NCBI GenBank assembly: GCA_035716005.1
Contig: DASTKG010000097.1
Coordinates: 4,202 to 68,201, forward strand
Reading direction: 5' to 3'
DNA length: 64,000 nucleotides
From: Candidatus Eiseniibacteriota bacterium
GTDB taxonomy: Bacteria; Eisenbacteria; RBG-16-71-46; SZUA-252
Positions 46,490-55,318 of this stretch are shown piece by piece (the first letter of the stretch is position 1; every line of letters begins with the position of its first letter). The notes under the pieces are model-generated. The model made no database searches. It saw only the letters and a list, made by a program, of their open reading frames with translations, and was not told the DNA's origin. The translations under genes were made by a program, and so were the position numbers.

Positions 46490-47160
46490 TCGGTCGCCTC
46501 CTGAATGAGTTCGTACAAGAACGCCGCCATCGCCAGGCCGAGCACGTCCATGACGGCGAGCACCTTGATCCAGTCCCGGACCGGGTCGATCGACCCGTCG
46601 CCCCAGAGCGCGTTCGTCAGCTTCACGGCGCCGATCCAGAGGGGCACGAGGGACGGAAAGAGCACCACCGAGAGGAGGAGCTCGCGCGCTCGGATTCCCC
46701 GCGCCAGCGCCGCGAAGAGGGTTCCCCACGCAGCATACCCGACGAGCCCCAGGGCGGCAACGCCGAGCACGCCCGGGAGGACGCGGAGGTTTCCCACGTC
46801 GAAGAAGATGGAGACGATCGGGAGGAGGAGGAGGAAGTCGGCGCTCACCAGGAGGAGGTTGGCGATCGTCTTCCCGAGGTAGAGGGCGTAGGGATCGGCG
46901 CCGGTGAGACGGAGCGCGTCGCCGCCGCCCGATTCGCTCTCGAGGTCGAGGGCCCGCGTCAGTCCCAGCACGCCGGCGAAGAAGAGGGCGCCCCAAAGGG
47001 TCGCGCTCGCCTCCTTGGCCGGATCGCCGAAGACGGGGCCGAACGCAACGCTCAGGATGAGGACGAGCGACGCGCTGAAGAGCGCGAGCGTGGCGAGGAA
47101 GCGGGCGTCCCGCGCGTGGAGGCGGAGGTCCTTCATCGTCACGGCCAGGATGGTCCTCAC
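46486..47160 (-). CDS. ccmB: Heme exporter protein B
   Basis: KDLRL...LWGALFFAG...LYLGK...RELLLSVVLFP. Six TM segments. Confidence 0.85.
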   Translation of the reverse strand: MRTILAVTMKDLRLHARDARFLATLALFSASLVLILSVAFGPVFGDPAKEASATLWGALFFAGVLGLTRALDLESESGGGDALRLTGADPYALYLGKTIANLLLVSADFLLLLPIVSIFFDVGNLRVLPGVLGVAALGLVGYAAWGTLFAALARGIRARELLLSVVLFPSLVPLWIGAVKLTNALWGDGSIDPVRDWIKVLAVMDVLGLAMAAFLYELIQEATE

Positions 47161-47798
47161 GCCGCCGCCTCCACGCGGCCCGCGTTCATGCGGAGGACTC
47201 GCGTGGCGAGCGGGCGGACCCGCTCGGGCTCGTGCGTGATGACGAGACTCCCCGCCCCGCGCTCGCGCGCGTCGCGAAGGACCTCGTTCACCACCGCGAC
47301 GCCGGTCTCGTCGAGGCCGGTGTAGGGCTCGTCGAGGATGAGGATCTTAGGGTCGGCGAGGAGCGCGCGCGCCAGGACGATCCGCTGGAGCATCCCGCGC
47401 GAGAACCGCTCCACCGGCGAGCGCGCGAAGGGCGCCATGCCGAGCCGCTCCAGAAGCTCCATGGCGCGGCGCTCCGGAGACGGCACGCCCGCCAAGCCCC
47501 CGAAGAAGGAGAGGTTCTCGAGCGGGGTCAAGCCCAGGTAGAGGAGCGGCCGGTGGCTCGCGAAGCCGATGGAGCGGCGCGCGGCCGCCCGGCGTCGCGC
47601 GATCGGTTCGCCGTCCACGGTGAGAACGCCGCGATCGGGCGAGAGGAGGGTCGCCAGGATATTCGCGAGGGTCGTCTTTCCCGACCCGTTCGTGCCGAGG
47701 AGGAGGGTGATGCCGCCCGGAGCGATTTCGATGTCGGCGTCGCGAAGGACGATGCGCGTGTCGAATCGCTTTTGAATCCCCTCGGCCCGGAGAATCAA
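47157..47798 (-). CDS. ccmA: Heme exporter ATP-binding protein A
   Basis: The TTG overlaps the upstream stop. GTNGSGKTT, ENL.FF, FSRGMLQR and LDEPYTGLD. Confidence 0.85.
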   Translation of the reverse strand: MILRAEGIQKRFDTRIVLRDADIEIAPGGITLLLGTNGSGKTTLANILATLLSPDRGVLTVDGEPIARRRAAARRSIGFASHRPLLYLGLTPLENLSFFGGLAGVPSPERRAMELLERLGMAPFARSPVERFSRGMLQRIVLARALLADPKILILDEPYTGLDETGVAVVNEVLRDARERGAGSLVITHEPERVRPLATRVLRMNAGRVEAAA

Positions 47799-49009
47799 TC
47801 GGAGACGATGACTTCGAGGCGGCGCTTCAAATTTCCGCGGAGGAGCTCGTGGCTCTCCTTGGAAATTTCCCCCTTCTCCCGGCCCTGGTCGAGTGCCGCG
47901 ATGAGATACGCGTAGGCGGCGGCGAGGTCGTCGCCGTTCGCGGAGGGAGCCTTCGACGGGCGCCCGGCGACGGGCGCGCCCGGGACGGGAGCGGCCGCCG
48001 CGGGTTCGAACGCCACGGAGCCGCCCATGCCCGCGGCGACGGGCCGCGGCGCGCGCGTCGACATGCGCCGCGCGAAGATGAGGATGCCGGCGACCAGGAA
48101 GGGAATGGCGAGCCAGGGGTAGATCGCGGGGTTCGACCACCAGCTGGCGCCGATCACCCGGATCTCCACGTCGTCGCCGATGCCGAGGTTCGAGCCGCTG
48201 TACATCTCGTACTTCTTCCCGCCCTGCTCGCGGGAGCCCGCGTAGGTGAGCGACTTCGATTGGAGCTTCAGGCGGGGATCGTCCAGCATCACGACGAACG
48301 TGCCCGTCGGGAAGTAGAGCCGGTGCGAGAGGTCCATCCGCCCGGAGAGCGGAATGTGATAGCTGAACGAGAGGGGATGCTGCCCCGGCGGGATCGGCCG
48401 GAGGCTCATCATCTCGCGTCCCTGCGCCACCAGCGTGCCCTCGTCCGCCCCCATGCCGACCTGGAAGCCCTTGATCGAGGTCGGCAGCCCGAGGCGCATC
48501 CCCGCGTTCTCGGCGTGGTTCGCGCCGATGCCGAGGTAGGCGGTGGGGGCCGAGTTCTCGATGATCAGGATCTCGTTCACGTGGAGGCCGTCGTCCTTCC
48601 GCTCCACGATGATGTGGTGGTTGGAGACCTGGACTTTGTCGATCTCCTTGCCGACGTCGAAGACGGCGAGATCCTGGCGCCACGCGCCGTCGGGGCCCGG
48701 ACGGAGCGGCCCCTCGGTGTAGACGGCGCCCTTGTATTCGGTCGAGACGTAGTAATCGAGATTGTTGCCGGCGGGGAGGTTCGTGAAGCGGACCGATCCG
48801 CTCTTGTCCGTCGTCCTCGTGGCGCCCGGCATCTCCTCGGTCCCGCGGACGACGTGGAGCGCCACGCTCTGCCCGGCGACGGGCTGCCGGTCGAAGCCTC
48901 GGACGACGTGGGCTTCGATGTCGAGGGCGCTGGCCCGGCCGGCCTGGAGCGCCGCCAGGAGGAGGGCCGGCGCGAGGAGCGTTCGTACGGTGACGCGAGC
49001 GCGAATCAT
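47795..49009 (-). CDS. Hypothetical membrane-anchored periplasmic protein within the ccm operon (Ig-like domains, C-terminal TM, cytoplasmic helical tail), 404 aa
   Basis: Signal peptide, TTDKSGSVRFTNL (carboxypeptidase-regulatory-like), TM YPWLAIPFLVAGILIFA and tail LIAALDQGREKGEISKESHELLR. Stop/start overlaps on both sides. Confidence 0.65.
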   Translation of the reverse strand: MIRARVTVRTLLAPALLLAALQAGRASALDIEAHVVRGFDRQPVAGQSVALHVVRGTEEMPGATRTTDKSGSVRFTNLPAGNNLDYYVSTEYKGAVYTEGPLRPGPDGAWRQDLAVFDVGKEIDKVQVSNHHIIVERKDDGLHVNEILIIENSAPTAYLGIGANHAENAGMRLGLPTSIKGFQVGMGADEGTLVAQGREMMSLRPIPPGQHPLSFSYHIPLSGRMDLSHRLYFPTGTFVVMLDDPRLKLQSKSLTYAGSREQGGKKYEMYSGSNLGIGDDVEIRVIGASWWSNPAIYPWLAIPFLVAGILIFARRMSTRAPRPVAAGMGGSVAFEPAAAAPVPGAPVAGRPSKAPSANGDDLAAAYAYLIAALDQGREKGEISKESHELLRGNLKRRLEVIVSD

Positions 49010-49440
49010 GCCTGGGATCCCTCCACGGAAGCGGCGCGCCGCTTCTTCATCTCCTCGATCATCTTCTCCACCTGGTCGCTGAGCGCGGCCGCGCGGCCCG
49101 GGGCCGCCGCGGTTCCCATCGCCGCCGTGGCCGCCGCGGCGGGCGAGCCTTCGGCAGGCGCGAGGCCGAGACGCTCCTCCTCGGCCAAGACCCGCAGCAC
49201 GTCCTCCATCGTCTCCTCCCGCATGCGGGCGTGGTCCTCGGCGGAGAGCTTTCCGGAATCGCGGTCGAAGTCGAGGTCGACGAGCTGCCTGTAGAGGCGC
49301 GTCTTCCGTTCGTCCACGTTCCGATGCTGATTCGCCGTCGCGGTCTCGCGGAGGAAGCGCTGGCCCCTCAGCTGGATCAGGGGCGCCAGGACGAAGGCGC
49401 CGACCAGGACGAGGAGGAGGAGCTGCAGGGCTACGATCAT
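49006..49440 (-). CDS. CcmI N-terminal-like protein
   Basis: An N-terminal TM, then LYRQLVDLDFDRDSGKLSAEDHARMREE, resembling the CcmI cytoplasmic loop. Confidence 0.6.
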   Translation of the reverse strand: MIVALQLLLLVLVGAFVLAPLIQLRGQRFLRETATANQHRNVDERKTRLYRQLVDLDFDRDSGKLSAEDHARMREETMEDVLRVLAEEERLGLAPAEGSPAAAATAAMGTAAAPGRAAALSDQVEKMIEEMKKRRAASVEGSQA

Positions 49441-49446
49441 TCGGGG

Positions 49447-49971
49447 TTACTCCTTCAGTTCGCGTAGTTCGGCTTCGGCCCGCGCGCGGCGCTCCGCGAG
49501 CGAGGGATCCGAATCGGGGTGCGTATCCGCGCCGGCTCCGGCCGGCGCGAGAGCGAGGGTGTTCTTGCGGCGCACCCATCGCGTCAGGACCATCGTGGCG
49601 ATTCCGAATCCGAGGAGGGTGGCGACGAACGGCGCGACCCAGACCACCAGGTTGAATCCCTTCGCCTTCGGCGCGCCGAGGATCACCTCCCCGTACTTCG
49701 CGACGAGCGACGCCTCGATCGCCTGGCGATCCTTCCCCGCCTTCAACTCACGGCCGACGTAGCCCTTGAGCGAGATGCCCGTTTCGCACGTGCAGCCGCT
49801 CAGCACTTCGCCGCACGAGCAGGGACAGATCAACTGGCTCGTGATCGCCCGAACGGGGTCGGACTTGCTCCCCGCGGCCGATTCGTTGGCCCGGGCCGCG
49901 AGCGGCAGCGCGAGGGCCGCCGCGACGGCCAGGACGAGAGCCGCGCGCGGCAGGGAGCCGAGGGCGGTCAT
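49447..49971 (-). CDS. ccmH: Cytochrome c-type biogenesis protein CcmH
   Basis: QLICPCSCG, LVAKYGEVILGAP and LVVWVAPF. The ATG overlaps the ccmF stop. Confidence 0.8.
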   Translation of the reverse strand: MTALGSLPRAALVLAVAAALALPLAARANESAAGSKSDPVRAITSQLICPCSCGEVLSGCTCETGISLKGYVGRELKAGKDRQAIEASLVAKYGEVILGAPKAKGFNLVVWVAPFVATLLGFGIATMVLTRWVRRKNTLALAPAGAGADTHPDSDPSLAERRARAEAELRELKE

Positions 49972-51929
49972 GCCGCCTCCTTCTCCTCCCGGCGGAGGCG
50001 CATCCGGTCGGTGAGGGTGAAGATGGTGCCGAAGAGCATGACGAGGCCGCCGGCCCAGATGAGGCTCACGAGCGGGTTGATGTAGGCCTGGAGCGTCACG
50101 GTGCCGTCGTCGTTCACGCCGCCGAGGATGAGATAGAGGTCCTCGCCGGGCGTCTGGTGGAGCGCCACCTCGGTCATCGGCTGCTGCGACTTGAAGTACA
50201 TCGCCTTCGAGGGGTGCGAATCCCCGAACGACTTGCCGTTCTGGGAGACGTCGACCACCGCACGCGTCACGGCGGCGCTTCGCTCCATCTTCTGCTCGGT
50301 CCCTTTCAAGGTCAGCGTGTAATCGCCGATCTTCATCGACTGGCCCGGGCGGAGCGGCTCGTGCGCTTCCTTCTGGAAGACGGTGGAGCCGAGGACGCCG
50401 ATGAAGATCATGACGACGCCGACGTGGATGATGTAGCCGCCGTAGCGACGCTTGTTCTTCGTGACGAGGTCGACGATCGCCATGGCGCCTCGCGACGCCG
50501 CCACGTCCTTCCTCGCTTGGAGCCCGCGCGCGAACTCCATCACGACCGTCGTGACGACGAACGCCGATCCGAAGACCGTGATGATCGGGTAGATCCCGCG
50601 GATGCCGAGCGGGAGGCTGAGCAGCGTCGCCACGACTCCGGCCAAGGTCGGGAGGACGAAGTTTCGCTGCAGCACCGACGTCGTGGCCCGCTTCCACGAG
50701 AGGATGGGGCCCGCCCCCGTGAGGAGGAGGAGCGCCAGCCCGATCGGCACGTTCACGCGATTGAAGAAGGGCGCCGAGACGGAGATCTTCGAGCCGGTCA
50801 CCGCCTCGCTCAGCACCGGGAACGTCGTTCCGAGGAACGTGGCGAACGTGAGGGCGACGAAGAGGACGTTGTTGAAGAGGAAGGAGCCTTCGCGGGAGAC
50901 GATGGCGTCGAGCCGGTTCTCGCTCTCGAGGAGCGCCTTCCGGTAGAGGATGAGCGCGGTCGCCAGCGTGCCCGACCCGATGATGAAGGCCATGAACCAG
51001 GGCCCGATGCCCGATTCGGCGAACGAATGGACCGAGGTGAGGACGCCCGAGCGCGTGAGGAAGGTGCCGAACATCGACAGCTCGAACGTCAGCACGATGA
51101 GCGCGACGTTCCAGGTCTTCAGCATGCCACGGCGCTGCTCGATCATGACCGAATGGAGGAAAGCGGTCCCGACCAGCCACGGCATGAGCGAGGCGTTCTC
51201 CACCGGATCCCAGCCCCAGTAGCCGCCCCAGCCGAGCTCGATGTAGGCCCAGCGGGCGCCGAGAAGGATCCCGAAACCGAGGAACATCCAGGAGAAGAGC
51301 GTCCAGCGGCGGACCTCCTCGATCCAGCGCGTTCCCGTCCGGTTCATGAGGAGCACCGCGATCCCGAAGGCGAACGGGATGATGAAGCCGACGTACCCCG
51401 TGTAGAGGATGGGCGGGTGGATCATCATGCCGGGATCCTGGAGCAGCGGATTCAGCCCCTGCCCGTCGGCCGGCGGGTTCGCCAGGATTCGGAACGGCGA
51501 GCAGACGAAGGCGAGGAGATAGGTGAAGAAGACGGCCACGGAGGCGACCACCATCGCGACCGCGTCGTAGAAGGGATCGAGCCGCTTCCGGTAGAGCCAG
51601 AGGAACGCGGCGCCGTAGAGCGAGAGAATGAGGAGCCAGAGAAGAAGCGACCCCTCCTGCCCGGCCCAGAGCGCCGCCCCGGAATAGAAGGGCGAGAGGT
51701 CGAGGCTCGTGTGCTCGGCCACGTAGCGATAGCTGAAATCGTGGGCCATCATCGCGCGGACCAGGATGATGGTGGCCAGGAGCGTCAGGCCGCAGACGGC
51801 CCAGAGCGCGTTCCGTCCGCTCCGAAGCGGCCCGGCCAGACCGGCCCGGAGCCCCCACGCGATCGATCCGACCGACCAGACGGCGCAGAGAAACGCGATG
51901 AGAATCGCGAGGCGGCCGATTTCGCTCAC
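49968..51929 (-). CDS. ccmF: Cytochrome c heme lyase subunit CcmF
   Basis: WAGQEGSLLLW, LNPLLQDPGMMIHPP, WWD motif WAYIELGWGGYWGWDPVENAS and RSGVLTSVHSFA. Confidence 0.95.
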   Translation of the reverse strand: MSEIGRLAILIAFLCAVWSVGSIAWGLRAGLAGPLRSGRNALWAVCGLTLLATIILVRAMMAHDFSYRYVAEHTSLDLSPFYSGAALWAGQEGSLLLWLLILSLYGAAFLWLYRKRLDPFYDAVAMVVASVAVFFTYLLAFVCSPFRILANPPADGQGLNPLLQDPGMMIHPPILYTGYVGFIIPFAFGIAVLLMNRTGTRWIEEVRRWTLFSWMFLGFGILLGARWAYIELGWGGYWGWDPVENASLMPWLVGTAFLHSVMIEQRRGMLKTWNVALIVLTFELSMFGTFLTRSGVLTSVHSFAESGIGPWFMAFIIGSGTLATALILYRKALLESENRLDAIVSREGSFLFNNVLFVALTFATFLGTTFPVLSEAVTGSKISVSAPFFNRVNVPIGLALLLLTGAGPILSWKRATTSVLQRNFVLPTLAGVVATLLSLPLGIRGIYPIITVFGSAFVVTTVVMEFARGLQARKDVAASRGAMAIVDLVTKNKRRYGGYIIHVGVVMIFIGVLGSTVFQKEAHEPLRPGQSMKIGDYTLTLKGTEQKMERSAAVTRAVVDVSQNGKSFGDSHPSKAMYFKSQQPMTEVALHQTPGEDLYLILGGVNDDGTVTLQAYINPLVSLIWAGGLVMLFGTIFTLTDRMRLRREEKEAA

Positions 51930-52336
51930 GATTTGTCCTCCCCCAGGCCCTGGGACTCGTACTTCGAGGGGCACTTGGTGACGAGCTTCGTGGCGTGAAG
52001 GGTGCGATCGGTGTGCCGGAAGGTGCCCTCGACGACGACGTCGCGGCCGTCGGCGAATGCGTCCGGCATGAGGCCGTCGTAGACCACGTTGACCGCTTCC
52101 TTGCCGTCGGTCATGCGGAACCTGAGGCGCGGCTCCTTCTGGTCGTACTGGATGCTTCCGGCCGCGACGATGCCGTCGAGACGGAAGCCGCCCGCCTTGG
52201 GAGCCCTCTCCAACTGAGCCAGCTCGGTCACCGTCATGTACTGCATGCCGGTCTGCTTGACTCCGGAAAGGATGAGATAGGTCACCGAACCGATGACGAT
52301 CAGAGACACGACGACGATCTTAAGAGTTGTATTCAT
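51926..52336 (-). CDS. ccmE: Heme chaperone CcmE, CxxxY variant
   Basis: N-terminal TM, RLDGIV..GSI, YDGLMPDAFADGRDVVVEG and LVTKCPSKY. Confidence 0.9.
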   Translation of the reverse strand: MNTTLKIVVVSLIVIGSVTYLILSGVKQTGMQYMTVTELAQLERAPKAGGFRLDGIVAAGSIQYDQKEPRLRFRMTDGKEAVNVVYDGLMPDAFADGRDVVVEGTFRHTDRTLHATKLVTKCPSKYESQGLGEDKS

Positions 52337-52389
52337 AGGCGTTTGTGTGGGTTAGGCGCTCGGACGGGCGCCGGCTCCTTTCAGGGACG

Positions 52390-52417
52390 ATTGTGGCAGA
52401 CGGGGCCGGACAGTCAA
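52390..52417 (-). promoter_or_regulatory. Sigma70-type promoter of the ccm operon
   Basis: On the minus strand, TTGACT-N16-CACAAT with an extended-10 TG, about 54 bp upstream of ccmE. Confidence 0.5.
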
Positions 52418-52480
52418 GTTGTCAGGTCTGGTCCCAGGGTATCAGTTCGAGTGCCGCCTCGGGCGGTGCAAGAGTACGAC

Positions 52481-53155
52481 CTACGCCATGACCCGCCGAG
52501 GCGTGACGAGGCGGACCAGGAGCGCGCCGGTCAGGAAGCCCCCCACGTGGGCCCACCACGCGACGCCGCCGCCCGTCCAGCCGAGCGTGAGCAGGCCGCT
52601 CACAACCTGGATCGCCAGCCAGAGCCCGATGAGGAGGAGCGCCGGGAGTTCCATGACGCGGAGAAAGAACCCGAGCGGGACGAGCGTCGTCACGCGCGCG
52701 CGGGGGAAGAGAACCATGTACCCCGCCAGCACGCCGGCAATCGCCCCGCTCGCTCCGATGGTCGGCACTGCCGAGGAAGGCTGGAGCAAATAATGCGCCG
52801 CCCCAGCACCCAGCCCCGACAGAAGATAGAAGATCAGAAATCGAGGAGCGCCGAGCGTGTCCTCGACGTTGTCTCCGAAGATCCAGAGGAACCACATGTT
52901 CCCGATCAAATGGAGCCAGCCGCCGTGCAGGAACATCGATGTGACGAAGGGCCGAAGCAGGCCGAAGACGTCGATCTGGCGGCTCTGGATTCCGTAGGTG
53001 ACCTCCCCCGGCACGAGCCCGTAGGCGCCCACGAAGGCCTGCATGCCCGGTCCGAGGGAGACCTCGTAGAGGTAGGCCGCCGTGCAGAGCGCGATGAGGG
53101 CGAGGGTGACGACCGGAAAGCGGCTCGATGGGTTGGCGTCGCGGAGCGGGATCAC
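52481..53155 (-). CDS. Rhomboid family intramembrane serine protease
   Basis: TSMFLHGGWLHLIGNMWFLWIFG, GASGAIAG (catalytic Ser) and VAWWAHVGG (catalytic His). Confidence 0.92.
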   Translation of the reverse strand: MIPLRDANPSSRFPVVTLALIALCTAAYLYEVSLGPGMQAFVGAYGLVPGEVTYGIQSRQIDVFGLLRPFVTSMFLHGGWLHLIGNMWFLWIFGDNVEDTLGAPRFLIFYLLSGLGAGAAHYLLQPSSAVPTIGASGAIAGVLAGYMVLFPRARVTTLVPLGFFLRVMELPALLLIGLWLAIQVVSGLLTLGWTGGGVAWWAHVGGFLTGALLVRLVTPRRVMA

Positions 53156-53175
53156 GGCGTTGAAGCATAGGAATC

Positions 53176-53365
53176 ACTCCCAAAAGGAGCGAGAGGATTC
53201 TTGGCGACAGGGCCACGGAGACCCCCCGCCAAAGCCCGGCGCTCCGAAAACGCCGCCGCCCTGGCAGGGGATGGGCCCCGTCAGGGCGTCGGCTCTAGGA
53301 CTCCGGTCTCTACCCACCCGCGTCGGAGGGTGACGTCCCCAGATACACCGCTCCAATCGGAGAGG
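53176..53365. ncRNA. Candidate rod-shaped ncRNA, 6S (SsrS)-like; strand unresolved
   Basis: Nested long-range pairings: GGAGCG 53186-91 with CGCTCC 53349-54, GAGACC 53218-23 with GGTCTC 53305-10, and GGCGCTCCGA with TCAGGGCGTC. A central asymmetric bubble holds a CACCC/GGGTG hairpin. The region is about 270 bp and intergenic. Confidence 0.45.
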
Positions 53366-53423
53366 TCCCGGGAATTTTCGCGGCCGGCCGGGGGCCCTGC
53401 CGAATCTTTGCGGGTGCGCCGAA

Positions 53424-54566
53424 ATGGCGTCGCCGCTTATCTTTGGCCGCATGCCCATGAGGAAGCGCCGCGCGGGGGCGCGCCCCGCGCGAAACCACTT
53501 CCGAGATCTCGACGAATTCCTGCGCCGCTCGGCGCGCGAGGGCGTCGTCCCCGGCGCGGTCGCGTACGTCGGCCGCGCCGGGGGCGTCGTTCACCGCGTC
53601 TCGGCCGGCTCGCGAGCCATCCTTCCCCGCCGCGAGCGAATGACCCTCGACACGATCTTCGACCTCGCCTCGCTCGCGAAGGTGATGGTCACCGCCCCGC
53701 TGGTCGTCGAGGCGGGAGTCCGGGGCGAACTCTCCCTCCTCGAGCCGGTGGAGCGCTGGATCGCCGAGACCCGCGGCAGCGAGGTCGGACGCCTTCCCCT
53801 CCACCTGCTCCTCACCCACACCGCGGGCTTCGTCCCCGACAACCCGATGGCGGACTACCGGGGCGGAAAGCGCGCGCTCTACGCCGCCATCGCGCGGGAG
53901 CCGCTCGCGTCGCCGCCGGGAGCGAAGTTCACCTACTCCGACGTCGGCTACGTCCTCCTGCAGGGAGTCCTGGAGCGCCGCTTCGCGAAGAAGCTCGACG
54001 CGCTCGCCGAGGAGCGGATCTTCGCCCCGCTCGGCTATCGCGACACGCGATTCGGAACGAAGGCGCGCGACCGCGCGCGGGTGGCGCCGACGGAACAGGT
54101 TCGCGGCCGATGGCTGCGCGGGCGCGTGCACGACCCCCGCACGCGCTCGAAGGCGCTCGACGGAATCGCGGGGCACGCCGGAATCTTCGGGACGGGAGAG
54201 GAAGTGGCCCGCTTCGCGTCGATGATCCTGGCGGGGGGCGTCGACCGCGGGCGCCGCGTTCTCGCCGAGGCGACGGTCCGCGCGATGACGACGAACCAGG
54301 CGCCGGGCGCCGCGGGGGTGAGGCGAGGGTTCGGCTTCGACATCGAGAGCCCCTATTCGGCGCCGCGGGGCGCGGGCTTTTCGCGCGACTCGTTCGGCCA
54401 TACGGGCTGGACCGGCGTCTCGATCTGGATCGACCCGGCCTGCGACGGCTACCTGGTGCTCCTCACCAACTCGATCCATCCGAACGGCCACAAGGATCTG
54501 AAGCCGTTCCGCGCCGAGGCGGCCACGCTCGCGGCGCGGGGCCTCGGCGCGAACGGACGCCGCTAG
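53424..54566 (+). CDS. Serine hydrolase, beta-lactamase class C-like (start may be 53451 or 53457)
   Basis: FDLASLAK (SxxK), LLTHTAG, FTYSDVGY and FGHTGWTG. Confidence 0.85.
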   Translation: MASPLIFGRMPMRKRRAGARPARNHFRDLDEFLRRSAREGVVPGAVAYVGRAGGVVHRVSAGSRAILPRRERMTLDTIFDLASLAKVMVTAPLVVEAGVRGELSLLEPVERWIAETRGSEVGRLPLHLLLTHTAGFVPDNPMADYRGGKRALYAAIAREPLASPPGAKFTYSDVGYVLLQGVLERRFAKKLDALAEERIFAPLGYRDTRFGTKARDRARVAPTEQVRGRWLRGRVHDPRTRSKALDGIAGHAGIFGTGEEVARFASMILAGGVDRGRRVLAEATVRAMTTNQAPGAAGVRRGFGFDIESPYSAPRGAGFSRDSFGHTGWTGVSIWIDPACDGYLVLLTNSIHPNGHKDLKPFRAEAATLAARGLGANGRR

Positions 54567-55147
54567 TTCTTCATCCAGAGGTCGAAGCCCGCCGTGAACT
54601 GATAGACGTTCGCGGCGTCGATGACGACGTCTCCCCCGTCCTTCCCCTCGTTCAGGTGATCGAGCCGGAATTCGATCCGGAAGCGGCCGTGGTTCTCGCT
54701 GAGCGGAACGCCGAGGCCCACGCCGCCGCCGAAGGTCGGGCTCGTCGCGCTGACGCTCTCCCCGCCGACGTTGTAGATCCCGCCCCCGAACGTGAGGTAG
54801 GGACGGGTGGAGGAGCCGCCGAAGTTGTACTGATAGTTCGCGCCGATCCGGAGGGCGTGGATGCCCGAGCCGTTCGAGCTGATGGCGTCGTAGCTGAGAT
54901 CGACGTAGCCTTCGTGATCGCGCTTCTCGCCGGCGCCGCCGACACGGAGCCCGGGGCGGATCGTCCCGATGAGACCCGCCTGGGAGGGAACGCCGATGAG
55001 CGTCGAGTTGTCGCCGCCCTCCTCCGGGCTGTAGATCGCGACGCCGAAGTTCGTGCCGACCGAGATGTCGGCGAGGGCGGGCGTGGCCGTCGCGAGAAGC
55101 AGCGCGCTGCCCAGGATGAGAGTCGCCGTGGAATGGACTCGTCGCAT
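54563..55147 (-). CDS. Small outer-membrane beta-barrel protein
   Basis: Signal ending ALA|DIS, RPYLTFGGG, FGGGVG, FRIEFR and C-terminal FTAGFDLWMKN. Confidence 0.75.
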   Translation of the reverse strand: MRRVHSTATLILGSALLLATATPALADISVGTNFGVAIYSPEEGGDNSTLIGVPSQAGLIGTIRPGLRVGGAGEKRDHEGYVDLSYDAISSNGSGIHALRIGANYQYNFGGSSTRPYLTFGGGIYNVGGESVSATSPTFGGGVGLGVPLSENHGRFRIEFRLDHLNEGKDGGDVVIDAANVYQFTAGFDLWMKN

Positions 55148-55231
55148 GGGATTGCCTCCTTCGAAGCGGGGTGGAACGAACGTCCGGGAGGGAACTCTCC
55201 CCCCTCGATTCGTCCAACGGTCCGATCGCCC

Positions 55232-55259
55232 AAAAGCGAACGGGGCCCGGATGGGCCCC
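55232..55259 (-). terminator. Possible terminator downstream of aceA
   Basis: On the minus strand, a GGGGCCC-ATCC-GGGCCCC hairpin followed by GTTCGCTTTT. The U-tract is offset from the stem. Confidence 0.4.
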
Positions 55260-55318
55260 ATCGTACGACGTTCCGCCGAATCGTCGAGGCCGAAGCGCCC
55301 CGCGGCGACCCGCGTCCC

